Shown: one piece after another, positions 19,038 through 27,722 of the stretch
Layout: every line of letters starts with the position of its first letter
Numbering within the stretch: the stretch's first letter is position 1
Source of the DNA: Nostoc punctiforme PCC 73102
GTDB lineage: Bacteria; Cyanobacteriota; Cyanobacteriia; Cyanobacteriales; Nostocaceae
Assembly (NCBI RefSeq): GCF_000020025.1
Contig: NC_010628.1
Coordinates: 3,540,001-3,572,000 of the forward strand
Length of the DNA: 32,000 nucleotides
Reading direction: 5' to 3'
Made by a program: the position numbers and the translations under genes
Notes under the pieces: generated by a model
Told to the model about the DNA's origin: nothing
Database searches by the model: none
The model's input: only the letters and a program-made list of their open reading frames with translations

Positions 19038-19814
19038 ATGCCAACTGCTTTAATTACTGGTGCCTCTAGTGGTATTGGTAAAGCTTTTGCCCAAGAACTA
19101 GCTGCACGCAATACAAATCTTGTACTCGTAGCTCGTTCCAAAGAGAAGCTAAGTCAATTAGCTAAACAACTACAAGAACAACACAAAATTCAAGTAGACG
19201 TTATAATCCAAGACCTCACGGAACCTAATGCAGCTGCTACTGTATTTGATGCCACTAAAGCAAAGGGATTAACTATTGACTTATTAATCAATAATGCTGG
19301 TTTTGGTTACTATGGCGACTTTGCCGAAGGGGATGGAGAAAGGCAAATTAAAATTGTGCAATTAAACATTTTAGCATTAGTAGATTTAACCCATAAATTT
19401 CTACCCTTGATGCGGCAACGACGGTCTGGAAGTATTATTAACGTATCCTCTATTACCGCATTTCAACCGATACCATACCTTTCTGTTTATGCTGCCAGTA
19501 AAGCTTTTATTCTCAGTTTTAGTGAAGCACTATGGGCAGAAAATCGTCAATATGGTGTCCGTATTTTGGTTACTTGTCCAGGGCCAATAGAAACAAATTT
19601 TTTTGCGGAAGCTAATTTTCCTCCAGCGCTGGCAAGTAGTACGGATAAAGTGTATTCTTCCGAAAAAGTTGTTTGGGAGTGTTTAGATGCTTTGGAAAAA
19701 GGCTATCCAACTGTTATTAGTTCTGATACTAGCACTCAAATTAGAAGCAAATTATCTAGGCTCGTACCGCGCAAACTTCTGCTGAATATATTAGCAAAAC
19801 ACTTTAAAGCCTAA
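19038..19814 (+). CDS. Short-chain dehydrogenase/reductase (classical SDR)
   Basis: Cofactor motif TGASSGIGKA, the NNAG motif, and the catalytic S...YAASK tetrad context. Confidence 0.9.
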   Translation: MPTALITGASSGIGKAFAQELAARNTNLVLVARSKEKLSQLAKQLQEQHKIQVDVIIQDLTEPNAAATVFDATKAKGLTIDLLINNAGFGYYGDFAEGDGERQIKIVQLNILALVDLTHKFLPLMRQRRSGSIINVSSITAFQPIPYLSVYAASKAFILSFSEALWAENRQYGVRILVTCPGPIETNFFAEANFPPALASSTDKVYSSEKVVWECLDALEKGYPTVISSDTSTQIRSKLSRLVPRKLLLNILAKHFKA

Positions 19815-20023
19815 GTTATGTATAGCAATATGCTTTGATTTATGTTCGCGAAGCGTGGCGCGTAGCCATAATTATTTGCGTAGGAGGCAAAACAGTCAAG
19901 AAGGCTTTTTGAGATGTACTGAATGTTTTCAGAAATCAAAATATGAGTCCTAATATATAGTTAGAAGTTAGGAATTTGGGGTTAAAGAAACTGGTGAATT
20001 TAAAACTCTTAACTTTTCACTGA

Positions 20024-20803
20024 TTACATATACCTTGTTAATTGAACTCGGTAACGGTCTTTTTTTGTAACTGCAATTTCCCCAACTTCTAAACGTCCTT
20101 TAGAGCGAATGGCGATTAAGTCACCTGATTTAACTTGAGAACTAGCTTGTGTAACTTCCTTCCAATTAACGCGGACATCACCAGCATCAATAAAGTCAAC
20201 CATTTTGCTGCGAGACATACCAAAACCAGCAGATGCGATCGCATCTAACCGCAAAGAAGCCTCCACAGTAGTTAGTTCTTTTTTCTTTGGTTCCCGAACC
20301 CTTAATTCAGTTATCTCAATTCGCTGAGTCTTCACAGGAACCGATCGCACCTGCTTAAGACTCATTTCTAAAAATTCCACTAACTCTGGGGCGACAATCG
20401 CCTGGGCCCCTCGTTCTCCCAAGACAATAACGTCTCCTGTCTTTTCACGAACAATTCCTGTTCCCAACATTGCGCCTAAAAAGTCGCGGTGAGAGGCGGT
20501 ATCAAACAAGAAATTACCAGCAATTTCCACGGCGACAAGGCTGACTTGAGATTGATCTAAGGGAAGTTCTGAACGAGCGATCGCTATTCTTTGGCGTTCA
20601 GCTTGGGGATATCCGCCCCACGCAACTAATTGCACTTCTGTTAATCGGTTAAACACCCGTTGAATTTCCGCTAATTCTGGGGGAGATAGAAAATCTGTCA
20701 AAACCACTTCCCAAGTTTTGATAGCTTGTTCCGCTTGGTCGATTACACGAGCTACACTATCTCGATTTTCAACACCCTTTAAAAGTTCTTCTCGTGGCAA
20801 CAT
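20024..20803 (-). CDS. S4-domain RNA-binding protein (YlmH-like, cyanobacterial photosystem II S4 domain protein type)
   Basis: C-terminal S4 fold (LRLDAIASAGFGMSRSKMVDFIDAGDVRVNWKEV...GDLIAIRSKGRLEV). The length and layout match YlmH-like proteins. Confidence 0.75.
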   Translation of the reverse strand: MLPREELLKGVENRDSVARVIDQAEQAIKTWEVVLTDFLSPPELAEIQRVFNRLTEVQLVAWGGYPQAERQRIAIARSELPLDQSQVSLVAVEIAGNFLFDTASHRDFLGAMLGTGIVREKTGDVIVLGERGAQAIVAPELVEFLEMSLKQVRSVPVKTQRIEITELRVREPKKKELTTVEASLRLDAIASAGFGMSRSKMVDFIDAGDVRVNWKEVTQASSQVKSGDLIAIRSKGRLEVGEIAVTKKDRYRVQLTRYM

Positions 20804-20847
20804 TCTTAAAAATTATGAGTTATGAATTGAGAATTAAACTGCTATAA

Positions 20848-21093
20848 CTATCTTGATTCTAACTTTAATTCCCATTTCAGCAGATTTCTATCTCTAGTAA
20901 TTGGTTGAATTCCTAGTTTTTCTAAAATGCGAATTGAGGCAACACGACCATCTGGAGAATGAGCGATAATTCTCTTGATTTCTCGCCCGGTAAAGGAAAA
21001 ATTGACCAGTGCTTTTACTGCTTCAAAAGTAAATCCTTGTGTGTTGTAATGCGTAAACCAGGATTTTTTGTCACACATTACTTGTGTCAGCAT
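20848..21093 (-). pseudogene. Truncated GNAT (RimJ/RimL-like) N-acetyltransferase remnant
   Basis: Only the C-terminal third of a GNAT fold is recognisable (QGFTFEAVKALVNFSF...IKRIIAHSPDGRVASIRILEKLGI). The acetyl-CoA-binding N-terminal part is absent. The long form of the ORF overlaps the upstream gene by 104 nt. Confidence 0.45.
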
Positions 21094-21577
21094 AACCTTG
21101 GATATTTTCTGGATCAAACTGACGTAATATTCGGGTCGCTTGTCGAGTGAGAGTTTCCGAGCCTTGAACGGCAACTAAGTATTTACCTGCGTCTAAGCGG
21201 TTTCGATAAGGTAAGGCATCACCACCACCTACGAGTAAACCGACTCCACCACCGACAACCACACCACCCATAGCACCACTAGCAGCACCCAGCAGTCCGC
21301 CAACGATGTGATTGCCAACTTCACCCGCCCAGGCAAAAGTATCTAAACCAGTGATGAGGCTAAATGTAAAACCTGCAAAAAAGCCAAATGGTATCAGCCA
21401 GGTTGCCATCAGTTGTGCTTGCTTTTTGGCTTGGTCTTTAGGGTCAATTAAGCCAAACTCGTCAGCCGTTTTATAGCCCTTCCCCAGGATAGTACTGTTT
21501 ATGCCTTCTTCTTCTAAAGCTAAGTAAGCAGCTTCGGCTTGAATGCGGTCTGGTAATACGGCAACAAGGTAATTCAT
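21071..21577 (-). CDS. Membrane protein with glycine-zipper segment (DUF1269-like)
   Basis: N-terminal soluble alpha/beta-like module, a central TM segment (WLIPFGFFAGFTFSLITGL) and a Gly-rich zipper (GGLLGAASGAMGGVVVGGGVGLLVGGG). Confidence 0.7.
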   Translation of the reverse strand: MNYLVAVLPDRIQAEAAYLALEEEGINSTILGKGYKTADEFGLIDPKDQAKKQAQLMATWLIPFGFFAGFTFSLITGLDTFAWAGEVGNHIVGGLLGAASGAMGGVVVGGGVGLLVGGGDALPYRNRLDAGKYLVAVQGSETLTRQATRILRQFDPENIQGYADTSNV

Positions 21578-21731
21578 TGATTTTACAATTTGTCTAATAT
21601 AAGTTTTGCCTTAATTAACAGCGTATCAGTCTTGGTCGAATCAATCTTACATTGGGTAGGAGTTTGGAGCTTGGAAAGGCTTTGATTCATACTCCCCTTC
21701 CATTGTAGAGAAGGGGTTGGGGGTTAGGTCT

Positions 21732-21853
21732 CAATACTTGTCGGGTTTTGGGGAAAAGAGGAAGGGGAAAAGGGAAAAAACCTTTAACCCTTACCCTTTA
21801 ACCTTTTCCCCAAACCCAATTCTGGGTTCAAAATGCACGAAGCGAGTAGTATT
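21732..21853. mobile_element. MITE-like palindromic element, copy A (about 122 bp) with target-site duplication
   Basis: Termini are AATACTTGTCG...CGAGTAGTATT and the inner arms are GGTTTTGGGGAAAAG...CTTTTCCCCAAACC. The element is flanked by the direct repeat GGGTTAGGTCT at 21721-21731 and 21854-21864. Confidence 0.65.
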
Positions 21854-22004
21854 GGGTTAGGTCTGTATTAAACTCAACTGCAAATCGCGCAGGCGTAGCC
21901 CGCACTTCTCTACGAGAGGCATGGTTCGACTCCGCTCACCAGCCGCTCAGTGAACACCGCAGGTATCGCGCAAGTTAAGCATTAGTTAAATATACATAAG
22001 CCGA

Positions 22005-22382
22005 TCACTTGAGCGAATCTAGTGGCTCACAAAAATTGTTTACGCCTTGTTTGAGGACATATATCAAAACTGGCGTTGCCAAAATCTTGGGAAATGTCGG
22101 CATTGCTTTTAGATGTTCCATCATCTTTTGAGGTGAAGTATTAAGCAAATCTTCCCGGTATTCTTGTTCGCAAATAACCACACGCCATTTTCTAGCCAAG
22201 GCATCTAACCACTCAGAATTTGCTCTTTCTGGTTGTTGTCCTGCTCTAATAGCTAGCGTCATCGCCGCATCTTCTAAATCTCCATCACAGTCTTCAATCA
22301 AATCCAGCGCTTCCATATCGCTAGGATCGTCAGCCAATTGAGAGCGAAACTGTGCAATTTCTTGAGATGTTACTTTAGTCAT
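22005..22382 (-). CDS. Hypothetical acidic protein (125 aa)
   Basis: Clean ORF with an ATG start. No motif recognised. Confidence 0.6.
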   Translation of the reverse strand: MTKVTSQEIAQFRSQLADDPSDMEALDLIEDCDGDLEDAAMTLAIRAGQQPERANSEWLDALARKWRVVICEQEYREDLLNTSPQKMMEHLKAMPTFPKILATPVLIYVLKQGVNNFCEPLDSLK

Positions 22383-22558
22383 GAGTCTTTGACAAGGCTA
22401 GCGAGCGAACATTCAGTTATGCTACATCATTTCACAAAATACCTGTTATACGTTTTCGCGGCACTTTTAAAATTCAAAATCCTTGTGAGAAAGTTCAGTT
22501 AAGAATTAAACTGTGCCATATTTAATTTTCATCTAGAGAACGCTCATGTTGCCCGCCC

Positions 22559-22650
22559 GAATACTTCTCGGGTTTTGGGGAAAAAGAGAAAGAAATAACC
22601 TTTACCCCAAAACCGATTCCGAGTTAAAAATGCACAAAGCGAGAAGTATT
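22559..22650. mobile_element. MITE-like palindromic element, copy B (about 92 bp) with target-site duplication
   Basis: Termini are AATACTTCTCG...CGAGAAGTATT (perfect) and the inner arms are GGTTTTGGGG...CCCCAAAACC. It shares the right-arm segment AAAATGCAC.AAGCGAG with copy A. It is flanked by GTTGCCCGCCC (22548-22558) and GTTGCCCACCC (22651-22661). Confidence 0.6.
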
Positions 22651-22764
22651 GTTGCCCACCCCACAAAGACTGATATTTAATTAGGTTATGCAATTTAAAT
22701 CACTTTCAGCTGATCGGTGGGAATTTTAGGCGTGTAGAGAGTTAAAATTCCGGTCTTTTTGACT

Positions 22765-22790
22765 AAAAAGCCTCATTTTTCAATGAGGCT
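22765..22790 (-). terminator. Rho-independent terminator downstream of the TolC-like gene
   Basis: The minus strand reads AGCCUCAUU-GAAA-AAUGAGGCU followed by UUUU. It lies about 40 nt after the stop at 22827. Confidence 0.7.
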
Positions 22791-22826
22791 TTCAGAATTT
22801 TTAATTGAGAGGTTAAGTCAGCAGTA

Positions 22827-25028
22827 CTAGCGTAGCGCTCTGAGGGTAACCGACCGTTGCAACTGAGCTAAAGCGCGGTTGTAATCCAAAATTGCTGTGA
22901 CTCGATTACCTTCAGCCCTTGTGAGGTCGTTTTCAGAGTTAATAACATCAGTTTGAGTTCCTACACCAGCTTGGAATCGCAAACGCGCTAAACGTAGAGC
23001 TTCTCTAGCTTGTTCTAAAGCGGTGTTAGAGGTTTGAACATTTTCCAAACTAGATTGCTGGGTAGAATAGGCTTGTTCTACCTGAAAGCGAATTTGGTTG
23101 CGCTGTTCAGCAAATTGAGTTTCTGCGATCGCAATATTAACACTAGACTGAGCTGCCCTTGCTCTTGCCGCTCCCCCATCATACAAATTGATGGTTGCTC
23201 TAACTCCCAATGAATAACCATCAGTAACGCTGACACTATCATCGAACTGATCTAATAGGTTGTAACTACCTACCAAACTAACTTGAGGACCCAGTTCTGC
23301 AAGAGCCTGTCTACGCTGTTGTTCGCTGATATTGCGTTGTGCCAACTGCTGTTGTAATTCTGGACGATTTTGAAAAGCCAGCACAATACTTTGTTCTAGC
23401 GTTGGGTTCCAAAGACCAGCTAATTGTACAGGGTCGGCGGCACTAATATTTATTCCCTGCGGCAAACTTATCCGAGTTGCTAATTGACGACGGGAAATTG
23501 CCTGCTGCGATCTAGCATTAGTCAAATCTTGTTGGGCATTTGCTAAATTCACCTGCGATCGTAACACATCGAACCGCGTACCAACCCCAGCTCGCTCTAA
23601 AGCTTCGGCATCACGCAAACTAGCTTCGGAGTTTTGCACAGCCGACTGAGCAATACGTACTTGTTCATCCGCTTGTTGCAGATTGTAGTAATCAGTGGCA
23701 ACATTCAAACGAATTGTCTCAGACTGAGTTTCTACAGCCAATTCATTGAAACGTACCTGTTCTTCAGCTGCTCTGATACTAGCTTGCACTCTCCCAGAAG
23801 TGTAGATGTTATATGATAGCTGTGCTTGACCGGAAAAAGATGTACCAGCTTCATCTGGCGATGAGATACCCGTCTGTTGTTCTTGGAGTTTCGACGAGAG
23901 CTGACTACTGGCAGACTGACTACGAGTAATATCAGCGCTAATTCCCAGAGTTGGCAATAAAGCAGCTTGTGCCTCACGTAGAGCCGCTCGATTGCGTTCT
24001 AGCTCCAAAAGAGACACCTGTAAATCCCGATTGTTACGCCGTGCTAGCTCTAGAGCTTGTGCCAAAGTAATCGGCTGATTTCCCTGAAGTCTCACTTCCT
24101 CCGGTTTGGTAGGAAATTGCAAGGGATTTGAGCTAGGAATCAAGTTCCCGGGAATTTGTACCGGCCCTGATGGCGCAGGAGTTATGGTTCTCGGCACAGT
24201 GGAAGGTTGCACTGGGCCTGATGGTGCAGGAGTTACGGTTCCTGGTACAGTGGGAACTGGTGTCGAATTTGCCGGAATCGAGGTATCATTCTGAGCAATG
24301 CGGCCAATAGCATTTTGTTGTAAACAGGTGTTTGAAGCCAGTAGCAAAGCCGCGGAAGAATCAGTCTTGCTTTTTCCTGACTCCTTTAGGCATCTTGGCG
24401 CTGACAACAGTTTTGCTGATTCTCCACCTGTAGCTGAAGTTTGTAAAAATGCTTGCAACTCAGTAACAGCATTTTTCCTTTGAACCACTGGCTGCTGTGC
24501 AGAAGACAGTGGGAAAATTTTTCTTTGGACAGAAGAAGGTTTTGCAGTGTAGTTGGGAACTACTATGCTCTCTGATTTCTGCCCAGAAATGCTTGAGTTA
24601 CTCTGTTTTTGGTTATTTTGAGCAGAACGGCTACCATCTAGCTGTTGGGAAGCATTAGAGGTAGGTGTCAAACTGACAAATCTACCTTCATCTTTCTTAA
24701 GTACTTGTTTTATTGGCACAACAGTATTTCCAGCCGTAAATACTGGAATACTGTTATGACTTAAAGGCTTCATACTAAGTTTAGTAAAACCAAAACCAGG
24801 TAGTAGGGTTGTAACACTAACATTTGCACCATGCGGCAATTGCGTATTCATCATATCCACAACCGAGTTTTGACCATAAGTAGAAGTTAAAACACTAGGA
24901 GAAGAAGCCAGCTGTACCCCAGTTAGTTTTACAGTACCAGCCCAAGCAGGCTGAGTTGTTAAAACCGCTGCCGTGACACCAGGCAAGAAGCTATAGAATA
25001 ATTGCTGTCCTTTCACCGCATCCCTCAC
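22827..25028 (-). CDS. TolC-family outer-membrane efflux protein with a long N-terminal extension (HgdD-like)
   Basis: The C-terminal ~430 aa show the duplicated OEP/TolC helical repeat (LTLAQALELARRNNRDLQ..., twice-repeated Q/A/L/R-rich coiled segments). The N-terminal ~300 aa are a signal peptide plus a Ser/Pro/Gln-rich linker. GTG start. Size and position next to kaiC recall Anabaena hgdD. Confidence 0.85.
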   Translation of the reverse strand: MRDAVKGQQLFYSFLPGVTAAVLTTQPAWAGTVKLTGVQLASSPSVLTSTYGQNSVVDMMNTQLPHGANVSVTTLLPGFGFTKLSMKPLSHNSIPVFTAGNTVVPIKQVLKKDEGRFVSLTPTSNASQQLDGSRSAQNNQKQSNSSISGQKSESIVVPNYTAKPSSVQRKIFPLSSAQQPVVQRKNAVTELQAFLQTSATGGESAKLLSAPRCLKESGKSKTDSSAALLLASNTCLQQNAIGRIAQNDTSIPANSTPVPTVPGTVTPAPSGPVQPSTVPRTITPAPSGPVQIPGNLIPSSNPLQFPTKPEEVRLQGNQPITLAQALELARRNNRDLQVSLLELERNRAALREAQAALLPTLGISADITRSQSASSQLSSKLQEQQTGISSPDEAGTSFSGQAQLSYNIYTSGRVQASIRAAEEQVRFNELAVETQSETIRLNVATDYYNLQQADEQVRIAQSAVQNSEASLRDAEALERAGVGTRFDVLRSQVNLANAQQDLTNARSQQAISRRQLATRISLPQGINISAADPVQLAGLWNPTLEQSIVLAFQNRPELQQQLAQRNISEQQRRQALAELGPQVSLVGSYNLLDQFDDSVSVTDGYSLGVRATINLYDGGAARARAAQSSVNIAIAETQFAEQRNQIRFQVEQAYSTQQSSLENVQTSNTALEQAREALRLARLRFQAGVGTQTDVINSENDLTRAEGNRVTAILDYNRALAQLQRSVTLRALR
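24160..24261. repeat. 51-nt (17-aa) tandem duplication inside the TolC-like N-terminal linker
   Basis: It encodes TVPGTVTPAPSGPVQPS / TVPRTITPAPSGPVQIP. The two nucleotide copies are clearly alignable. Confidence 0.7.
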
Positions 25029-25069
25029 ACGAAAATCAATCTAGCGGCAGAAAACCTTTCTTCACCACA

Positions 25070-25125
25070 GAATATAGCACGATACTAAACTTAGGAAAGA
25101 ATATACTACGATACTAAATTTAGGG
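25070..25125. repeat. Two 26-nt direct repeats (period 29) in the kaiC / TolC-like junction
   Basis: GAATATAGCACGATACTAAACTTAGG and GAATATACTACGATACTAAATTTAGG. The second copy overlaps the kaiC stop codon (25120-25122). Confidence 0.6.
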
Positions 25126-26682
25126 TTCGGAACTCTGTTTGTCTTCAAAACGTCTAACAATGCGAGAAAGTTCCGCCTTTTCATCGATACTAACGCGAGT
25201 AGGAGCACCGCTGATAATCCGTTCGTAGTTTCTGAAAGAATCTTTAATATCGGGCCCGTCAGCAGTGATATTATACTCGCGAATGCCCTTATCATGCCAA
25301 GACCCGCGCATTTTAAATACGTTAATTGCCCGCGACATTTCTCCACGAATTTCTACGTACTGTAACATTAGAATTGTATCGGTAATCGTAGAGATATGAG
25401 AGTCAGTAATCGAATGCGCTCCTAGAAATTGGTCAGTTGTGTTGGTAAAGAAACCAGTAATTTCTTCTTGTTTAGCATAACCCGTTACACCAATTACAAA
25501 CTGCCTAAATGCATTATTGCTCACTCCTCTAGCTAATGCTGATAGGGAATCAATGGCAATCCGAGCTGGTTTAAAGACAGCAATTTCTGATTTAATAATT
25601 TGTAAATGGTCTTCTAAACCAGTTGATTCAGGATAGGTACAAATTATTTTTAGTAAACCTTGCTCCTCTAATTCTTCAAAATCAATTCCCCAAGAAGAAG
25701 CATTACGAGATAATTGGGCGCGTGATTCTTCGTAAGCAAATAATATTGCCTGTTCTCCATTCAGGCAGCCATCTTGAATAAACTTACTTACTAACAAGGT
25801 TTTACCAGTACCTGTGGCTCCTGTTGCCAAAATAATAGAATCTTTAAAGAAACCACCACCGCACATTTCATCTAAGATTTTGACACCAGAAGATACCCTG
25901 ATATTAGATGAACGCTGAGTTAAACGCATTGCTCCTAGTGGGAAAATGTTAACTCCTTCATTAGTAATTGTGAAGGGATACTCGCCTTTCATGTGAGTTG
26001 TACCGCGCAATTTGAGAATTTCAACTGTGCGACGGCGGCGTTCTCCTTCTAAAACGTTGCGAACAATTACTACATTATCAGAAACAAATTCTTCCACTCC
26101 AAAAGAAGCAACGGGGCCATATTCTTCACTGCGTTCAGTGGTAATTACGGTGGTGACACTCAGTATTTTGAGACGTGCTACCAACCGAAAAATCTCGCGT
26201 CGTACTACTCCCATTGCTTCGTACTGCTGAAATACTGCTGTCATCGAGTCAATTGAAACTCGTTTAGCTTTGTATTTGCGAATGGCATATTGCAAGCGTT
26301 CAATGAGTGCAGAAAGATCAAAATTTCCAACGATATCTTGACCTTCTGGATCGGGAGATGCATCAAGAATAAATAATTTACCTTCTTCGATTAGGCGCGG
26401 TAAATTCCAACCAAAAACATGGGCGTTTTTAATAATATCGCTGGGTGATTCTTCAAAGGTAACAAATACTCCTGCTTCATCGAAGTAGGTGATACCGTTA
26501 TACAGAAACTGAAGAGACAATAAAGTTTTACCTGTACCTGAAGTGCCACTGACCAAGGTAGTTCTACCAATTGGTAAACCACCATGACTAATATCATCAA
26601 ACCCTTCAATCATCGTGCGAATTTTTTCTACACCCCCATTTTTTGGTGCCTTATTGGGTTCTACTTGCTCGTTTTGACTCAT
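25120..26682 (-). CDS. kaiC: Circadian clock protein KaiC
   Basis: 520 aa with duplicated RecA-like halves. Walker A motifs are GTSGTGKT (CI) and GATGTGKT (CII), with catalytic EE pairs (TFEE, AYEE). The phosphosite context DSHISTITDTILMLQYVEIRGEMSRAINVFKMRGSWHDKGIREY is present. Confidence 0.97.
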   Translation of the reverse strand: MSQNEQVEPNKAPKNGGVEKIRTMIEGFDDISHGGLPIGRTTLVSGTSGTGKTLLSLQFLYNGITYFDEAGVFVTFEESPSDIIKNAHVFGWNLPRLIEEGKLFILDASPDPEGQDIVGNFDLSALIERLQYAIRKYKAKRVSIDSMTAVFQQYEAMGVVRREIFRLVARLKILSVTTVITTERSEEYGPVASFGVEEFVSDNVVIVRNVLEGERRRRTVEILKLRGTTHMKGEYPFTITNEGVNIFPLGAMRLTQRSSNIRVSSGVKILDEMCGGGFFKDSIILATGATGTGKTLLVSKFIQDGCLNGEQAILFAYEESRAQLSRNASSWGIDFEELEEQGLLKIICTYPESTGLEDHLQIIKSEIAVFKPARIAIDSLSALARGVSNNAFRQFVIGVTGYAKQEEITGFFTNTTDQFLGAHSITDSHISTITDTILMLQYVEIRGEMSRAINVFKMRGSWHDKGIREYNITADGPDIKDSFRNYERIISGAPTRVSIDEKAELSRIVRRFEDKQSSEP

Positions 26683-26963
26683 TGCTTGATAATAAAAGGG
26701 TATTAAAAACTGTTGTTTTATTAGTAAAGTTTGTACTCAATTTTTCCAGACTAATTATAAAATAAATATTAAGCGATTAGGGTGTGTTAGATCACAATCT
26801 GACAAAAAAAGCAAAAATAAATATATTTAATATTTAAAATAAATATTTTGCTGTAATGCTCTAAGATAAAGGGTAATAAAGCTCTCTTGACTAGAGCAAT
26901 ATAATGGGTTCCCTACACAGTTAAAATTTACTTTATAAACGCTATCTTGCATTATTAATTATT

Positions 26964-27278
26964 TTACTCTTCAAAATCTCCTTCACTCAGTTCTTCATAA
27001 AGCAAATCTAATCCAATCAATACTCTTTCTCGATCTGAAAGATCGCCGATAATTTTGCGAACAGGTGGAGGCAAAATTTTGGATAATGTTGGCGTTGCCA
27101 ATATTTTATCTTCTTCTGCCAGTTGTGGGCTTTTCAATACATCGATCACTTTTAAAGCATAAACACCTTCAAACTCCTGCTCTAAAATATTTTTGAGTGT
27201 TTTCAATGCCCGAACTGAATTAGGGGTATTCCCTGCTACGTAAAGCTTGAGAACGTAGGTTTTTTTGGCTTTAATCAT
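26964..27278 (-). CDS. kaiB: Circadian clock protein KaiB
   Basis: 104 aa with the canonical KaiB start [14 protein letters not shown], then [25 protein letters not shown] and an acidic tail. Confidence 0.95.
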   Translation of the reverse strand: MIKAKKTYVLKLYVAGNTPNSVRALKTLKNILEQEFEGVYALKVIDVLKSPQLAEEDKILATPTLSKILPPPVRKIIGDLSDRERVLIGLDLLYEELSEGDFEE

Positions 27279-27386
27279 ATATTTACAGGCTAGTTACAAT
27301 CGTAGAAATACAAGATGCGTTCGCACGTTGGTAATAACTAACAGTGTTAGCTTGTTCCAAGTTCAATATTAATAAATAAACTTACT

Positions 27387-27722
27387 TTATTTAGAAATCG
27401 AACTCCTATAGACTTCACACAAGTGAGCCAATATATCTATCAACGTCAGGCGGTAATCAAGTAAGGTTTCATTGCTTCTTCCTTCTAATTTTAGCTGGAT
27501 AGAAAATTCTTCAATTACCTCCATGTGAATTTCGATGATTTGGGGCACAGGAATATTAGCATAAAATATAGTATTGATAAATTTATCAATTTTTTCCTTA
27601 AGTGTTTTGTCTGTGGTAAAATAATTTAAAAGTATTAGACTGTAATCTAATTTAAGCTGTCTTAATAATCCTTGCCTTTCGGCTGGATTCATCTCGTTAA
27701 AATGCTGTTGGCTTTTTTGCAT
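27387..27722 (-). CDS. kaiA: Circadian clock protein KaiA, short form (C-terminal KaiC-binding domain only)
   Basis: The last ~100 aa match the KaiA C-terminal domain (IDKFINTIFYANIPVPQIIEIHMEVIEEFSIQLKLEGRSNETLLDYRLTLIDILAHLCEVYR). No N-terminal pseudo-receiver domain is present. The start is ambiguous: ATG 27722, ATG 27692, or the far-upstream ATG 27968 of the 193-aa ORF. Confidence 0.85.
   Translation of the reverse strand: MQKSQQHFNEMNPAERQGLLRQLKLDYSLILLNYFTTDKTLKEKIDKFINTIFYANIPVPQIIEIHMEVIEEFSIQLKLEGRSNETLLDYRLTLIDILAHLCEVYRSSISK

Noticed and set aside
21923-21933. GGTTCGACTCC resembles a tRNA T-arm/T-loop.
   Set aside because: The flanking bases do not form a T-stem, acceptor stem or anticodon arm. 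The sequence sits inside a small dispersed-repeat-like segment, so it is not a tRNA.
25062-25346. 94-aa minus-strand ORF overlapping the 3' end of kaiC in another frame.
   Set aside because: It is embedded in the strongly supported kaiC CDS with no independent evidence.
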